From contig CM069131.1 in NCBI GenBank assembly GCA_035221665.1, positions 27,590,001 through 27,654,000 on the forward strand: a stretch of DNA of 64,000 nt, written 5' to 3'. Positions 13,570 through 27,600 of this stretch are shown here, piece after piece. This DNA is from Okamejei kenojei (Eukaryota). Positions within the stretch are counted from its first letter, which is position 1. Each line of letters opens with the position of its first letter. Under the pieces are notes generated by a model. The model did no database searches, was not told the origin of the DNA, and saw only the letters and a program-made list of their open reading frames with translations. Made by a program: the position numbers and the translations under genes.

Positions 13570-14034
13570 CTGAGAACACGAAGTGTTCTACAAAAAGTAG
13601 TAAGCACTGCCCATTCCATCATCGGCTCTGACCTTCCTTCCATCGAGGGGATTACCGCAGTCGCTGCCTCAAAAAAGCTGGCAGTATCATCAAAGACCCA
13701 CACCATCCTGGCCTCACACTCATCTCCCTGCTACCTTCAGGTAGGAGGTACAGGACCCTGAAGACTGCAATGAGCAGGTCCAGGAATAACTACTTCCCCA
13801 CAGCCATCAGGCTATTAAACCTGGCTCGGACAAAACTCTGATAACTAATAACCCATTATCTGTTATTTACACTTTATTAGTTTATTTATTCATGTGTGTA
13901 TATATTTATATATGGTATATGGACACACTGATCTGTTTTGTAGTAAATGCCTTCTATGTTCTATGTGCTGATGCAAAGCAAGAATTTCATTGTCCTATCA
14001 GGGACACATGACAATAAACTCACTTGAACTTGAA
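13570..14034 (+). mobile_element. Rex1/Babar LINE 3' end nested in the Gypsy integrase
   Basis: LQKVVSTAHSIIGSDLPSI...IIKDPHHPG-like coding, AATAAA and (CTTGAA)n tail; same family on - at 63415-63835. Confidence 0.75.
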
Positions 14035-14375
14035 TCTGATCATATGGATTGAACCTACATTCTTTTTGACTTCCATTATAATGATGTTTATGATCAGATT
14101 GTTTGCATTCAACCTTAGTGATAGGTTAGGTAGAACCAAATTCAGTCTAGTTCTGAGCCTTCTTTTCTTAAAAAATTCACCAGGCGTATACCCGGTGGTA
14201 GATTGTGGTGCGTACGATATTTCAGTAAGAAACTAGCTAGTCGCTGTGACATACTGAATTTTGAATTCCCTTCAAGAACTTGTTGCTTGAGAGCTCCTTT
14301 GACTATCCTGACTGACCTTTCAGCTGTGTCGTTAGATGCCAGATGGTAAGTTGGCACTAAGGTATGCTTGATACC

Positions 14376-17300
14376 GAAGACAAACTAAGATTCTTCCGTG
14401 ATTTTCCAGCTGAAGTCATGGAAAAGAGGGACAAGTTTACAAACACGAGAAGGCTACTGAAAGAAGTCTCGGGAGTAAGATATGGGATAGTATATCCCGC
14501 GAAATTGAGAATTACTTATAACCATGTTGAACGTGCATTCACAGATCCAGAAGAGGCATTTAATTATGCACAAAGTATCACAAAGGAGGTCTACTGATCA
14601 TGAGAAACGACGAAGAAAGAACTGTGTTTCTTTTTTTTTAACATACAAAACATACTGCTCTGGTTAAGATGGAGAATTTTCCTCGAGGCGTTGTCTAGAT
14701 ATTTTATCTTTGGAATGTTTGTAACTCAAGGTCGGATTTTATGTTTTCACTTCAACAAAGGATTGACAAAGAAGAAAACATTGTGGCGGGAAAAATAACT
14801 TGAGAATATGGAAAAAATATTATCAGTGAACTTGTATATAGAAATTTATGATTTAAGAAACACACAATTACATACTAACATAAAATATAATTAATAAAAT
14901 TGTGTAATATTAAGGCATAGCTTAAATAATGGCTAATGTGTTTATTTCATGATGTTAATTACTTGCTAAATATAAGAATAAAAGTTAAATATGATTGATA
15001 AGTACTAATAACATACTAACAAATTTTATGGATATAGTAAGATTTAGTTTAAATTGCAACGCGAAAGAGGGGGGAGGAGACTCAGACGCTTGGAAGTATC
15101 CAAGGGTCGAATCTGGTTAACCCCTTGGAACCTGCTGTTGTCTGATACAAAAGTTTGAGAGCTTAATTAATAGTAATAGAGCTAGCATATCATAGATATG
15201 GATATATAATTAACATAATTACTGTTTATATCTAAAATATATACTCGGAAACTTTTTTTTAATTTTGTTTTTTCTCTTTGAAGATATATTTCTAATCTAT
15301 CTATTGGAGTGCTTTTATTATATATATATATATTTCTGAACTTTGTATCGCTCTCTCTCTTCCAATTAATAATAACTGGTCAAGAGGGGTAGAGCGAAAC
15401 ATAAAAAAACATCTACGGAAGTCAACAAGAATTTTTCTAACCACCATGTTGGTGTCCTGTTTTTTAATTATATTATACTTTATTTTTGGATATTATATAT
15501 CACTTTTTGTTTGTTAAGTATCTTTCACGCCTCTACACTTTCTGGTCTTTTTCAAGGTATTCTGAAGGGGAGATGCCAACAAACTTAACAGCTGGGGATG
15601 ACCATCCTCCCCCTAGAGTTATGAGGTTCTTGTTTGCACCATATGAAGTAAAGGTATTACACATGGATCATAATGCAAGACGATAACAAAAGAAAACTGG
15701 AGGAATCACGTTCTCTTCCTTATAGTTGGAATATAAGGGGCGCTAAAGAACCAATTAAAAGGGGTAAGATTTTTACCCAATTAAAAGCCTTAAACAGTGA
15801 TAATATTTTCTTACAAAGAGACGCATTTGAAAATATCAAACACTTATATAAGATTGAAAGGCAAATTGATTGGCAAACAACTACTCTTCATTTACTTCAA
15901 ATCTAGAGGTACGGCTATTATCATCTCGTAAAGGTATACCATATAAATTAAAGAAATACTATAGCAAGATAAAGGGGGAGGTATGTCATAAGTCCACGGG
16001 AGAAATTTATTCTACTCCACTTACTTTGATAAATATTTCTGATCCTAAATTTGACAACCCCCAATTCTTTCTTAGTAAAATTTTGGATACAATTACAGAA
16101 CTTAACTATCAAAATGTGATAATAGGGTGAGATTTGAATTGGTGGTTTTAGAATCATATCTGGAAAATCAGCAAAACAAAAAGGATTAAACATAAACCTA
16201 AAACTATGAACTCCTAAATACATACATGAAAAATACCTACATAACAAGATTATGGAGATCGCTAACCCAGTAGGTAGGGAATATTTCATTTTATTCAAAC
16301 AGTACATAAAACATATTCACGTACTTGATTACTTCTTAGTGGACACAAAACTAATTTCCATATACATATAATTCTAAATATCATAATAGTATAGTTCTGA
16401 TCATTCTTCCCCGCTAAACTTTTCTTTAAAATGGATGGAATGCCTGATAAAAAATCATTTGGCAGGTTAACCCTCAAATCTAAGACAATTCACAAGGATG
16501 TACATATTTAACAAGAGCAGATGGGATCTTTTTTGAGACAAATGATACTCCAGATATTTTCCCCTCCTTATTATGGAAACATTTAAGGCATTTTATTAGA
16601 GGAACTATAATCTCATTTCAACTTTCCAAAATTAAAAAAAAAACACTGAACAATTTCTGTTTAGGACAAGAAATTAGAAACAATTAGATTTAGAAAATCC
16701 TAAAGAACCAACTATAGATAAACATAAAAGATAACAAACACTAAAATATAAATTAAATAAAATTTTATCGGTCCAGGAATAATAAAAATATTTCAAACTA
16801 TAAACAATAACATTTTTTCGCATTGGCGATAAACCACAAAAACCTCTTAGCACGCCAACTGAAAAAACGGGAACAGAAAAACAATTACTTTAAAATTAAA
16901 TCAACAAAGGGAATTACTGAACACTACCTAAAGATATTAACAAACAGATTGCTCAATATTTAATCAAAATTTATATACACAGAAAACCTCTTGCAATAAT
17001 ACTCAAATTACAAATTTCTTAGACAATAGTAATCTTCCAAAATTAAATAGGTGGAACAAAGGGATTAAGGAGCACAGATTACACTACAGGAAATAGAAGA
17101 AATCAATAAATTTTGTTGCGAAGAATGCAAAACGCCATGGACCAGATGGGCTTTAGTAATGAATTCTATAATAGATTCTATGAGGATAATTTCGTCTACC
17201 GCCTGCAAGATTTAGATATATACAATCTTCTTTTAAAGAAAATAAACTACCAGAAACATTAACTGAGTCAACAATTAAACTTATATCCAAAAAAAGATAA

Positions 17301-18523
17301 AGATCATAGACACCCAGCTCATATAGACTGATTGCACTCCTAAATACAGATCAAAAAATATTAGCAAAGACCCTAAAAGCGAGAAATTGAGTAAATATGT
17401 TAGCAAACTAATAAATCAGGACCAAACAGGTTTTCTTATACCAAAGAGAATACTCTTTTAACAATTTTGAGATGGCTGGTCTAATATACATGTACTCACA
17501 TAAACTGTCGAAGAACTACAATTATTTCATGAAGCAGCTAAATAAGCTTTTTGATCAGTTTAGCATGGCAATATTTATTAAAGTATTGCAAAAATTTAAA
17601 CATGGGAGATAACTTCTTATCTCATGGGTAAAATTATTAAATGAATTAAGCCGACGGATAGAATAACTGACCTAATAATATAATATCCCCGAAATTCCAA
17701 TTAGCAATGGTGCAATATGCAGGGTGCTACTAATCAGCCCATGCTATTTGCACTAGTGATTAGAGCCTTTTAGCAGAAAGTAAGAGAAGTCAATTGCGAA
17801 TATTAATGGATATAATACAAACACTCAAATAATAAAAATTTCATTATATAACATACTGACATGTTACTGATATTACAAATTCGCAAATTAGCATACCAAA
17901 TATACTAACTTAATAGAGCGAAATTTGGTTCTTTTTCAGGATATAGAATAAATTGGACAAATGCGAATTTATGACGATAAAACCTCAAGAGCCGACACAT
18001 TTGTTTGAAATTCCCTTAGAATTGCAACAGAACAAATTTAAGTATTGGGCATCCAATCACTAGGAAATATAAACGCAAACTATATGCCTTTATTAACTAA
18101 ATTTAAATGGTTGATTAAATTTTTGCGAAACACTGCCGATGCGTCCTTAATAGGCAGAAACAAACAGGATAAAAATATGACACTTCTTACCACAAAAATT
18201 GTACCAATTTCAATCAATATACCAATATACTTACCTAAAAGATTATTTAAAACAACTAGACTCTGATATTATAAACTTCATATGGGAATTGTAAATCACA
18301 CAGAATTTAAAAAAAAAAAACACTTGTGTAAATCTAAGAATCAGGGACTGACACATTCCTAACTTATTGTATTACTATTGGCAGTGAATATTAAAAATAG
18401 AATCTATTGTTAGACAGTTCTGCCCAAACAGTAAGATTTGAATAAGAATGTAGAAAGAGGATTCTGTTCCCCTTATAATATTTGTTTTATGGGCTTTATT
18501 CTACTCTCTCTTTGAATGGCTAT

Positions 18524-18563
<40 letters not shown>

Positions 18564-19971
18564 GTATAGCGGCGAGCCGATAGAGGGGGGGGGGGGAGGG
18601 GGGGAGGGCGGCTGGGTGGGAAGCCAAATATGAATAGGGTAAAGTGGGAAAAATCCAATTATTTTCAGTATAAATAACGAATTTGGTAAACAAATAATAC
18701 TAACTTTAAAAATTAAGAAAATTAATCGCTGTTCCTTTTCCTCCAATAGCTAATAACCCTCATTCAAACCAATCCATTATTGATAAAACGTTTATCCATT
18801 TGAGGAAATGGGAAAGAATAGGAATTAAAAACCGATGGGAGATATGTATGACATGGAAAACTATCATTCCCAACAATTACAACTAAAATATAATTTGAAA
18901 AGTAATCAATATTTCAAATATCTTCAAATTCAAGATATTTGAAAATATAGATACAAGGAATCAAACTTTAACTCCAGAATTAATTGGAAGAAGGAATGAA
19001 TAGAAAGGCAGAACAAGCCAATTTAATATCTTTACTTATCTAATACAATTCTAAATATAGAAACACACCAACGACAGAAGCAATTAAAGGGACTGAGGAA
19101 CTAAGTTATTGATAAAAAATTCCGAATGATAGATGGGACAAAAAAATTATTATATGTAAATAAATGTTCAATTTAATGCAAGATATAACCAAATTCAATT
19201 TTAAATTTTTACATAGACTATATTAATTCGAAAGCTAGGACTGAATAAAATTTTACAAATGTTTTCCCCCATCTTCTGCGACAAATTTTAACTCAAAATG
19301 CCACTATAGCACATTCCTTTGTCTCTTGTATAAAACTGTATACATTTTGGAACTTTTACAAAACATTTAATTTTAATTAACAAAATTGAACCTCAATACA
19401 GAACTGATTATCTTTGGATCAATGTAGAGGGAAATAAACTAACTATATTCCAAGAAGCTTTTCTTAATAACAGTTCTAATAACAGCAAAAAACATATACT
19501 CCAAATTTTTGGAAAAAAACCTACCCCCAACCCAACAATCAAAATGTGGATTTCAAACATGTCTGAAATGCTACATCGCTTTGAAGAAATGAGAACCTCC
19601 TACTAGGCAAAGTAGACCATATTTCTTAGACTTGGTGCTCCTTTTATCAACTTTTTACAAGCAATGGTGCAACATAAGAAATTAAATGGTTTAGAACCGG
19701 GTGACGGATGGCAAAAAATACGAAATAGGTCGACTCTCCTAATCTCTCGTCCTTTCCTTTCTCTTTTTCTTTCAATCTTTAGCTTCTCATCCTGTATTTC
19801 TTTGGTTATACTTCGCTTGTCTATCTATTCCCGACACTCTTAATTCTTTTTTCTCTCACTGTTCTTTTAGTATTAAATCAAAAGTACAAGTAGTATCAAG
19901 AATGGAAATATTATGTATGTATAGTACTTAAGACCACACTACTGTACGTCTACAAAAACTAAACAAAAAAA
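14376..19971 (+). mobile_element. L1-clade LINE, 5'-truncated (ORF1 C-terminus, ~1 kb spacer, frameshift-riddled ORF2, poly-A)
   Basis: ORF1 end RFFRDFPAEV...YGIVYPAKLRIT; endonuclease start SWNIRG near 15724; A-rich tail to 19973; imperfect ~17-bp TSD AAGGTATGCTTGATACC (14359-14375) / AAGCATGCATGATTACC (19972-19988) inside the Gypsy integrase. Confidence 0.9.
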
Positions 19972-22900
19972 AAGCATGCATGATTACCATTGCTTCATGT
20001 AATGTGGGCGGTTGCAGAGACAAGCTCTTCAGGTAATATCCATTGACACAAAAGATAGACCGCAATGCCTCTATTGTTCTTTCTGTCATGTTTGTACCCA
20101 TATCTATCACCTCAATCCACTTTTGAGTGGCTATCTACTAAATCAAGAAAATTACTATTGCCATGTTCACAAAGATCCACATGAACCCTCTGAAGAGGTC
20201 TTGTAGGCCAAGACCATGTTTGCAAAGGGGTTTGGGCAGGCTTACTTCTACAACTCTGACAGGTGCGACATTTGCTTGCCATGCTTCTATGTCATTGTCC
20301 AAATCCTGCCATGCAAGCAACCTCTGGCAGTAGACTTAATTCCAACAGTACCTGTGTGTCTCTATGGGGTTTTTATGTACTTCATTGTCTTAACAATTGT
20401 ACTAATACTCCTGTGAAACCCATTGAATACACCCTTGCCTCATATGACAGTTCATGTCGTCTATTGTGATAAGGTTTTAGGTCATTAGTACATTGTTTTA
20501 TTTCTGATCGTCCACACAAAGTTTGTTCATATACTTGTTTTAACACTGTGTCCTTTTGAGCTTCAGCAGCAATTCAGCTGCTGTGACTGGAAAGTTGTTG
20601 TCCCCTGCTTCTGTAACATAGATAGCACCTTCAGTGCCTACTTCTGATTCTTCATGAGGCAAACGCGACAATGCATCAGCGATAGCATTTACTTTGACGC
20701 GGTACTCAATGCTGTAGTCATACCTGTGGCAGAGAACTGCCCAGCGCTGCATCCTCGAGGCTGCCATTGTAGGTATTGCTGACCGAGGACCAAGAATAGC
20801 GAGAAGTGCTTCTGATCAAGTAACCAGGGTGAATTCCTACCCAACAGATACCAATGACTTTCTTGATCCCAAAGATGATACCAAGGGCTTCTTTCTTCTC
20901 GATTTGTGCATAATTACATCACACTCTTGATAAGTGTGCGTGATGCAAATGCTATAGGTTTTTCTTGTCCATGTTCCATTACATGTGAAATCACAGCTCC
21001 TACCCCACAACTAGACGCATCGCAAGCTAACTTTAACTCGCGATTTGTATCGTAGTAAACAAGTAATGCATCACTGCTCAAGCTTTTCTTACATGCATCA
21101 TAAGCATTTTGTTGCTCTTTGGACCATTCACATTTTTTATACTTTTTCAACATCTTGTGAAGAGGAGCTATCTTTGTTGCTATCTCGGGTAAGAAGAGTA
21201 ATACTGTACCAAACCCAGGAAGGAGCGGAGTTGAGACACATTCTGTGGTTTTGGTGTGTTTGCTATAGCTTCATCTTTTCTTCACTGGTTGTAGTCCATG
21301 TTGATCCACTTTCAATCCAAGATACACTACTTCGGTCTGTAAGAATGCACATTTGCTTCTTTTCAACTTTATATTGTGTTCATCAAGCAGTTTCAACACT
21401 TCTCTGAATATCTCCAGAGTCTCCTCCTCAGTAACAGTCGAAATCAGCAAGTCATCTTGATTGCTCAAACAAAGTGATGTTCCTTGCAGAATCCTATCCA
21501 TTGTATTTTGGAAGGTTTTAGGTGCTGACTTCACACCATAGGGTCGTTTTGTGTAGGAATGCAGCCCCATGTGTGTGTTATCATGAGGTACTGCTGGTTC
21601 TTACGATCAACAATTAGCGGAGATTTAGCAGATCTAACTTAGAGAATACCTTGGAACCAGCAAGTTCAGTGTATAAATCTTGTGAGATTGGTAGTGGATA
21701 CTGTTCATCATCTACGGCCTGGTTGATGGTCACTTTGTCGTCTCTACACAATCTCACTGTGTTTGGTCCACTTTTCGAACCACTACTATTGGAGAGCCAA
21801 TCACTGCCCGATTGTTTTAACCATTACAACAAAACACCGTTTTGATTCCAACCTTTATTTCAGCTTCCTACTTTACTAAAAAGTGCGAATAGGCACGGTC
21901 CAGTCTCGAGTGGACAGGTTCCACATCGGTTAATCCTGATAGTGCTTGCGCACCCTTTATGCCAGCAAAGCTGTCATTGAACATAGCCGTGATGTTTTCG
22001 CAACTACTGAACCCGTTGTGTTTGGCGATTCGACTTGGAATACAGTTCTCCCAGTCCAGTTCAGTAGGCGGAGCCAGTTTTTTGCCCATCACCGTTGGCC
22101 TATTGGCATAACTTGGCGACACACTATTGGCAACTACAAAGTCATGCCTTTGTGTCATAAATCACAATCTATCTCTCCACATGTCTCCAATAATTCCTAT
22201 TCCCAGAGTAACGTTTCAGCTGAACATTTGTTTCTGTGATAGGCGTATTGCTAAACTTGGATTCATGGGTGGACTTAGCATATAATTAGTGCAATCAGCC
22301 AGCGTATCAATAACAATGTATAGATTGTTCCACTTGACCCTTGTCTGAAAGTCTTTCCTTTCCAGACCCACTGTTCGTAGTATAGATGCCGTACAGTCCA
22401 AGTTCATTACTCTCTGACTGTTCTTCGAGGTTGTGAATCCCACACATTTGGTTTTGTCGAGCCTTTTGTTTTGCTTTGTCCTGTGATGGTGCTCTGCATG
22501 CTGATGCAATATGGCCTTTCTTTCTAAAGTTGTAGCACTTAGAGCCCTTGAACTGGCACTTATTTGCTTTGTGTTGTCCATTGCATCGATAGCACATATC
22601 TACGCTTTTCCCAGAACTTTGCTGTGAAGGCCTTTTGTCTCGTCATGCTTGTGTTTTGGAACTGCCTTTTGTCTGTTGACTGTGCCAGCATGTGTTGGTC
22701 GAAACTCATGTGTACTTTGACATGCCATCTCCATGGCCAAAGCGGTTTTGCATGCCAAATCAAAGGTAAGGGCTGGTGTGTTCAGTAATTTTGATTGGAT
22801 TCGCTCATTCAGCATTCCACATACAAGTCTATCGCGCTATGCTCGATCCAGAAATGTTGCAAAATTGCAGTGGAGAGACAATTTCTTCAATGAGATAATG

Positions 22901-23179
22901 TACTCACCCACAGTCTCACCACAGGCTTCTGATTTCTTGTGTGAAATGTGTAACTTTCTGCAATCTCTATGGGCTTATGAAGTGAGCATCAAGTTTTGAA
23001 AGAATAGTCTCAAATGAAACATTCCTTGCTTTCTCTGGGGCTAGGAAGTTGGTGAGAGTTTCATAAACATCGGGACCAATTTCAGTTAATAGAATGGCTT
23101 TCTTTCGTTCCTGGATAGCCTTGTTTTCTGCTCTTACCTGCACTTGATCATCATCCTGTTTCTTCAGCTTCAATAATTC

Positions 23180-23705
23180 TATTGTGTACAGTTTTGGTCT
23201 CCTAATTTGTGGAAGGATATCCTTGTGATTGAGGCAGTGCAGAGTAGGTTCATGAGATTGATCCCTGGGATGGCGGGACTGTCATATGAGGAAAGATTGA
23301 AAAGACTAGGCTTGTATTCACTGGAGTTTAGAAGGATGAGGGGGAATGTTATAGAAACATATAAAATTATAAAAAGACTGGACAGGCTAGATGCAGGAAA
23401 AATGTTCCCAATGTTGGGCAAGTCCAGAACCAGGGGCCACAGTCGTAGAATAAAGGGGAGGCCATTCAGGACTGAGGTAAGACATTTGTGGAATTCCCTG
23501 CCACAGAGGGAGGTGGAGGCCAAATCACTGGATAGATTTAAGAGAGAGTTAGATAGAGCTCTTGGGGCTGGTGGAATCAAGGGATATGGGGAGAAGGCAG
23601 GCACGGGTTATTGATTGGGGACGATCAGCCATGATCACAATGAATGGCGGTGCTGGCTCGAAGGGCCGAATGGCCTCCTCCTGCACCTATTTTCTATGTT
23701 TCTAT
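23180..23705 (+). mobile_element. CR1 3' fragment inserted in Gypsy gag
   Basis: ORF 23207-23614 (LGLYSLEFRR...WNSLP) plus the CR1 hairpin and (TTCTATGT) tail; Gag coding resumes on both sides. Confidence 0.9.
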
Positions 23706-24053
23706 AATGTAATTTGCAACAAAAAGCATTTGCATTCATTCACAGTACGAGGTAAAGATTGCACAGTTCTTGTCAAGAGTCCCTCGTCGGCCTATGTATC
23801 CCAAGGCGCCATCTTGCCCCATAGACACAACACAAAGATAGCCTGACAAACTCTTAACGATTTATACAGCTGCTGTTTTAAACTACAATCCCATGCATGG
23901 AATTATCTGCAACCTATCGTGTCCAGTTTGCAAACAACTGCGACACAGCTTCGTATTTGCAGTTTAAAATGTTAAACAATACTGCATATTGCAAAAAAGT
24001 CCTGCACTATATTTAAAGATTGAGTTCACAAACTATCCGATCCTCGTCACCAT

Positions 24054-24269
24054 TGTAAGATATTATGGTTTCAGCATGTGGATAGAAACAAGCACAGGTC
24101 TTCAGTGCACGCTGTTGCCAGTGTGGGTCTAAAGTATTTTTCCAAAGTACAGTGCACATACTCACACATATTCACGAGACTGATAAGATATAGAATATAT
24201 CACTTGACACAAATCATACCATTATAGTACTCAGTACTTAAAGTTACAGTTACTATTATAATCACTGCA
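24054..24269 (-). repeat. 5' LTR of Mag-like Gypsy
   Basis: Adjacent PBS at about 24040-24052; TSD on the outer side. Confidence 0.9.
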
Positions 24270-24345
24270 GGTCTGAAGTAGAGTTTCAACCCAAAACATC
24301 ACCTATTCCTTTTCTCCAGAGATGCTGCCTGGCCTTACTCCAGCA
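24270..24345 (+). repeat. Penelope-derived short repeat (Gypsy target site)
   Basis: ctgaag...cccaaaacatcacc...tctccagagatgctgcc...actccagca; other copies at about 38880-39005, 39211-39260, 45555-45603, 49968-50060 and 61065-61155. Confidence 0.55.
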
Positions 24346-24582
24346 TTTTTTTTTTTTGCTGTAATAATATTTTTATTAAAAGGAATCCATCATAACAACG
24401 GTATAACAACTTTTCAAATACACAACCAACTTAATTCAATAAGTATACGAATGTTACGAATAGTTCTTATAAACTTCTATTTTTTTTAAAGTAGAAAAAG
24501 AAATGAATAGATTTTAATCAATAAGAATGGTGATTAAATAATAATTTTGATTATAAAGAAAGAGAAAGAGAAAAGAGAGAAG

Positions 24583-24592
24583 AATATATATA

Positions 24593-24644
<52 letters not shown>
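24583..24644. repeat. (TA)n microsatellite split by the Gypsy insertion (continues at 29105-29130)
   Basis: Read directly from sequence. Confidence 0.9.
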
Positions 24645-27600
24645 TGTGGCGGCTCCCAAGGGTCGGGCCATCCTAACAGTCAAACCCCTCAGCACGGGAA
24701 TGGTGCAGTCCAGAGGCGGCCCTTAACCAGAGGGTTTAAAGGCAAGGGTTTTGGGTGCCATCTTGCTCTCATTGGACTTCCTGGCGAATTGAGAGACCTA
24801 AATAAAAAGGTACTTCCCCTACACCTGGCTTCTCGCCTTGATTTCGGATCGTACCCCACATTGTGACCCCGACGCTCCATCGTTGTCATGATGGAGAATA
24901 AAGCTTCCCCCTCAAATGCCAACCCGGCCCTGTCTCTGGACGCGGTCTCGGTGAAATTGCCTACCTTTGGACCACCCGGCCGCACATCTGGTTTCAGCAG
25001 ACGGAGGCCCAATTCAACCTGCGGGAATAACGTCGACCGACACTCGCTTCTATTATCTGGTGGGGGCCCTTGACCCGGACACGGTTGAAGAGGTCACAGA
25101 CTTCATCGCAGACCCTCCGGCCACCGAGAAATAACCGCGGCCTTAAGGAGTCCCTGCTTGAGATTTATGGTCTCTGCAGGATGGAGCGCGCTGCCAGGAT
25201 CCTTCATATGGAGGGCCTAGGCGAACCGACGGCCATCGAGCCTCCTCAAGGAGATGGTCGCGCTGTTGGATGGGCACAACGCCGTGCCTACTGTTCGAGT
25301 ATATCTACCTGCATCTGCTGCCGGCCTATATCCGTCTGCAGCTCACGGACGTCTCCTTCACAGACCTCAGGGCCCTCGGTAGGCGCGCCGACGCGCTGTG
25401 GATGGCGCGCCCAGATAACGTCAACGCGCTGGCCGTTGCCAGGCAAGGTAACGCGCTATGGACGGCGCGCTCTGATGACGTCAACGCGCTGGCCGTTGCC
25501 AGGCACGCTGACGCGCCGCAGACGGCGCGCTCCGATGACGTCACTCCGGCAGCTCCCGATTTCCTCCGGTGGGGCGGGGGAGCTGTGGAAGGAGTTGCAG
25601 CTGCATCCCGGAGGCCGATAAGATCGCCCCCCCACGGCCGCATCGGGTACTGCACCTGCAGTCCAGCACCAGCAAGCTCCAAGCGCTGCCAACAGAAAGC
25701 GCTGGTGCTATTACCACCAGCGCTGGGGCGCTGCAGCACGGAGATGCTGTCAGCCGTGCACGTTCCCGGGAAACGCCTGGGCCGCTGCCAATAGTCCCCC
25801 ACGGCTGCCGGCCAGATCCACCGACTCTTCTTGCCTGGGATCGGCGCTCCGGGACCCGCTTCCCTCGTCGATACCGGGCAGAGCTGAGCGTCCTGCCCCC
25901 TTCGCTGGCCGACATTCGTTCCGGTAAGCGGGGGCCCGTCCTCACCGCAGCGAATGGCAGCCCCATCCGCACGTATGGAATTCGCATGGTCCCGATCGTG
26001 TTCGGCTCCTGTCATTTCTCGTGCAGTTCACACACATTGCGGACGTCTCCCAGCCGTTGCTCGGTGCCGATTTTCCTCCGGCGCATTCCCTCCTAGTGGA
26101 CGTCAGGGCGTCAGCGTTTGGTCAACTCCGCCACGATGGAGCCGATCACGCTGCGATTGGATGAGCCGGTGGGACGGCCCCCTGTCGTCAGTGGATTCCC
26201 GCTTCGCCCGGGTATTAGCCGCGTTCCCGAATATACTGACCCCACAGTTTTCGGTTTTCGACCCCCAGTCACGGGTGGTTCATTTCATCCAAACTACTGG
26301 CCCACCTCTCCACGCACGAGCACGCCGACTGCCGCCGGATAAACTACGTCTGGCACGGCAGGAATTCCGCACAATGGAGTCCTTGGGGATCGTCCGCCCT
26401 TCAAGCAGCCCATGGGCATCCCCACTCCACATGGTCCCTAAAGCAAGCGGGGGCTGGCGACCCTGCGGGGATTATCGGCGGCTGAATGCCGCAACAACCG
26501 CAGATCGATACCCCGTATCCCACATACAGGACTTCACCGCCCATTTGACTGGGGCTACTATATTCTCCAAAGTGGATCTGGTACGGGGTTATAACCAGAT
26601 CCCAGTCCACCCGGAGGATGTACCCAAGACGGCGATCATCACGCCGTTCGGCCTCTATGAATTCCTGCGGCATTCCAACGCCTGATGGACGGGGTGTGTC
26701 GCGGCCTGGACTTTGTTTTTGTCTACCTCGACGACATTCTGGTGGCCAGCCGCTCACAGCAGGAGCACTGCGCCCATCTCCGGCAGCTTTGTCAGCGGCT
26801 CAGCGAGCATGGCTTGGCTGTCAACCTCGCCAAGTGCCGTTTTGGGGTAACAGAAATCGACTTCCTCGGCCACCGCGTGACTTCGCAAGGCGTGGTTCCC
26901 CTGTCGGACAGGGTCGACGCCATCCGTCGGTTTCCTCGGTGCGAGGCCTGCAGGAGTTTGTCGGAATGGTGGCATTTTATCACCGTTTTGTGCCATCCGC
27001 AGCCCACATCATGCGGCCACTGTATCAACTGCTGGGGGGTGGGCAGCATAAGAACGTCGAGTGGACCAACGCGACGGTGGCAGCGTTTGACGGTGCGAAG
27101 GAGGCCCTTGCTCGGGCCGTACTGCTGGAGCATCCGCGGGAAAATGCCCCGACAGCTCTCACGGTGGACGCCTCGGAGTCTGCAGTCGGTGCCGTGCTGG
27201 AGCAACTGACGGACAGAGGTTGGCGGCCCCTCGCCTTCTTCAGCCATCACCTCAACCGCGCTCAGGCCAAATACAGCGCATTCGATCGCGAGCTCCTGGC
27301 TCTGTACCTGGCGGTGCGCCATTTCCGTTACTTTCTGGAGGCCGCCCGTTCACCGCGTACACGACCACAAGCCGCTCACTTTCGCCCTGGCAAAGGTTTC
27401 CGACCCCTGGTCCGCACGGCAGCAGCGGCAGTTGGCCTACATTTCAGAATATACGACATCCATTCGCTACGTCGAGGGGAAGGAGAACCGGGTGGCCGAC
27501 GCATTGTCCCGCCCCGCCATCGACGCCGTTTTCGCGGTGGCACCAGGAATCGACTTTTCTGCCCTGGCGGATGCGCAGCTCACGGACGCTGAGATGCCCG

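Larger units (their letters stand above)
12961..24269 (-). mobile_element. Gypsy LTR retrotransposon (Mag-like), decayed, with nested Rex1, L1 and CR1
   Basis: TG...CA direct repeats at 12961-13163 and 24054-24269; 5-bp TSD GGTCT (12956-12960 / 24270-24274); tRNA-Ser-type PBS TGGTGACGAGGAT; PPT near 13167-13176. Gag from about 23812 with twin CCHC (CYRCNGQH...GHIASAC), RT (QDD), RNase H (LACDAS...PIAFASR), integrase (YHLASNDTAER). Confidence 0.92.

Noticed and set aside
18473-18746. Poly-proline ORFs (formin FH1-like) and a G-quadruplex-like poly-G run
   Set aside because: Antisense translation of a poly-G burst inside an indel-riddled L1 ORF2; most likely a low-quality read artefact, unrelated to the formin.
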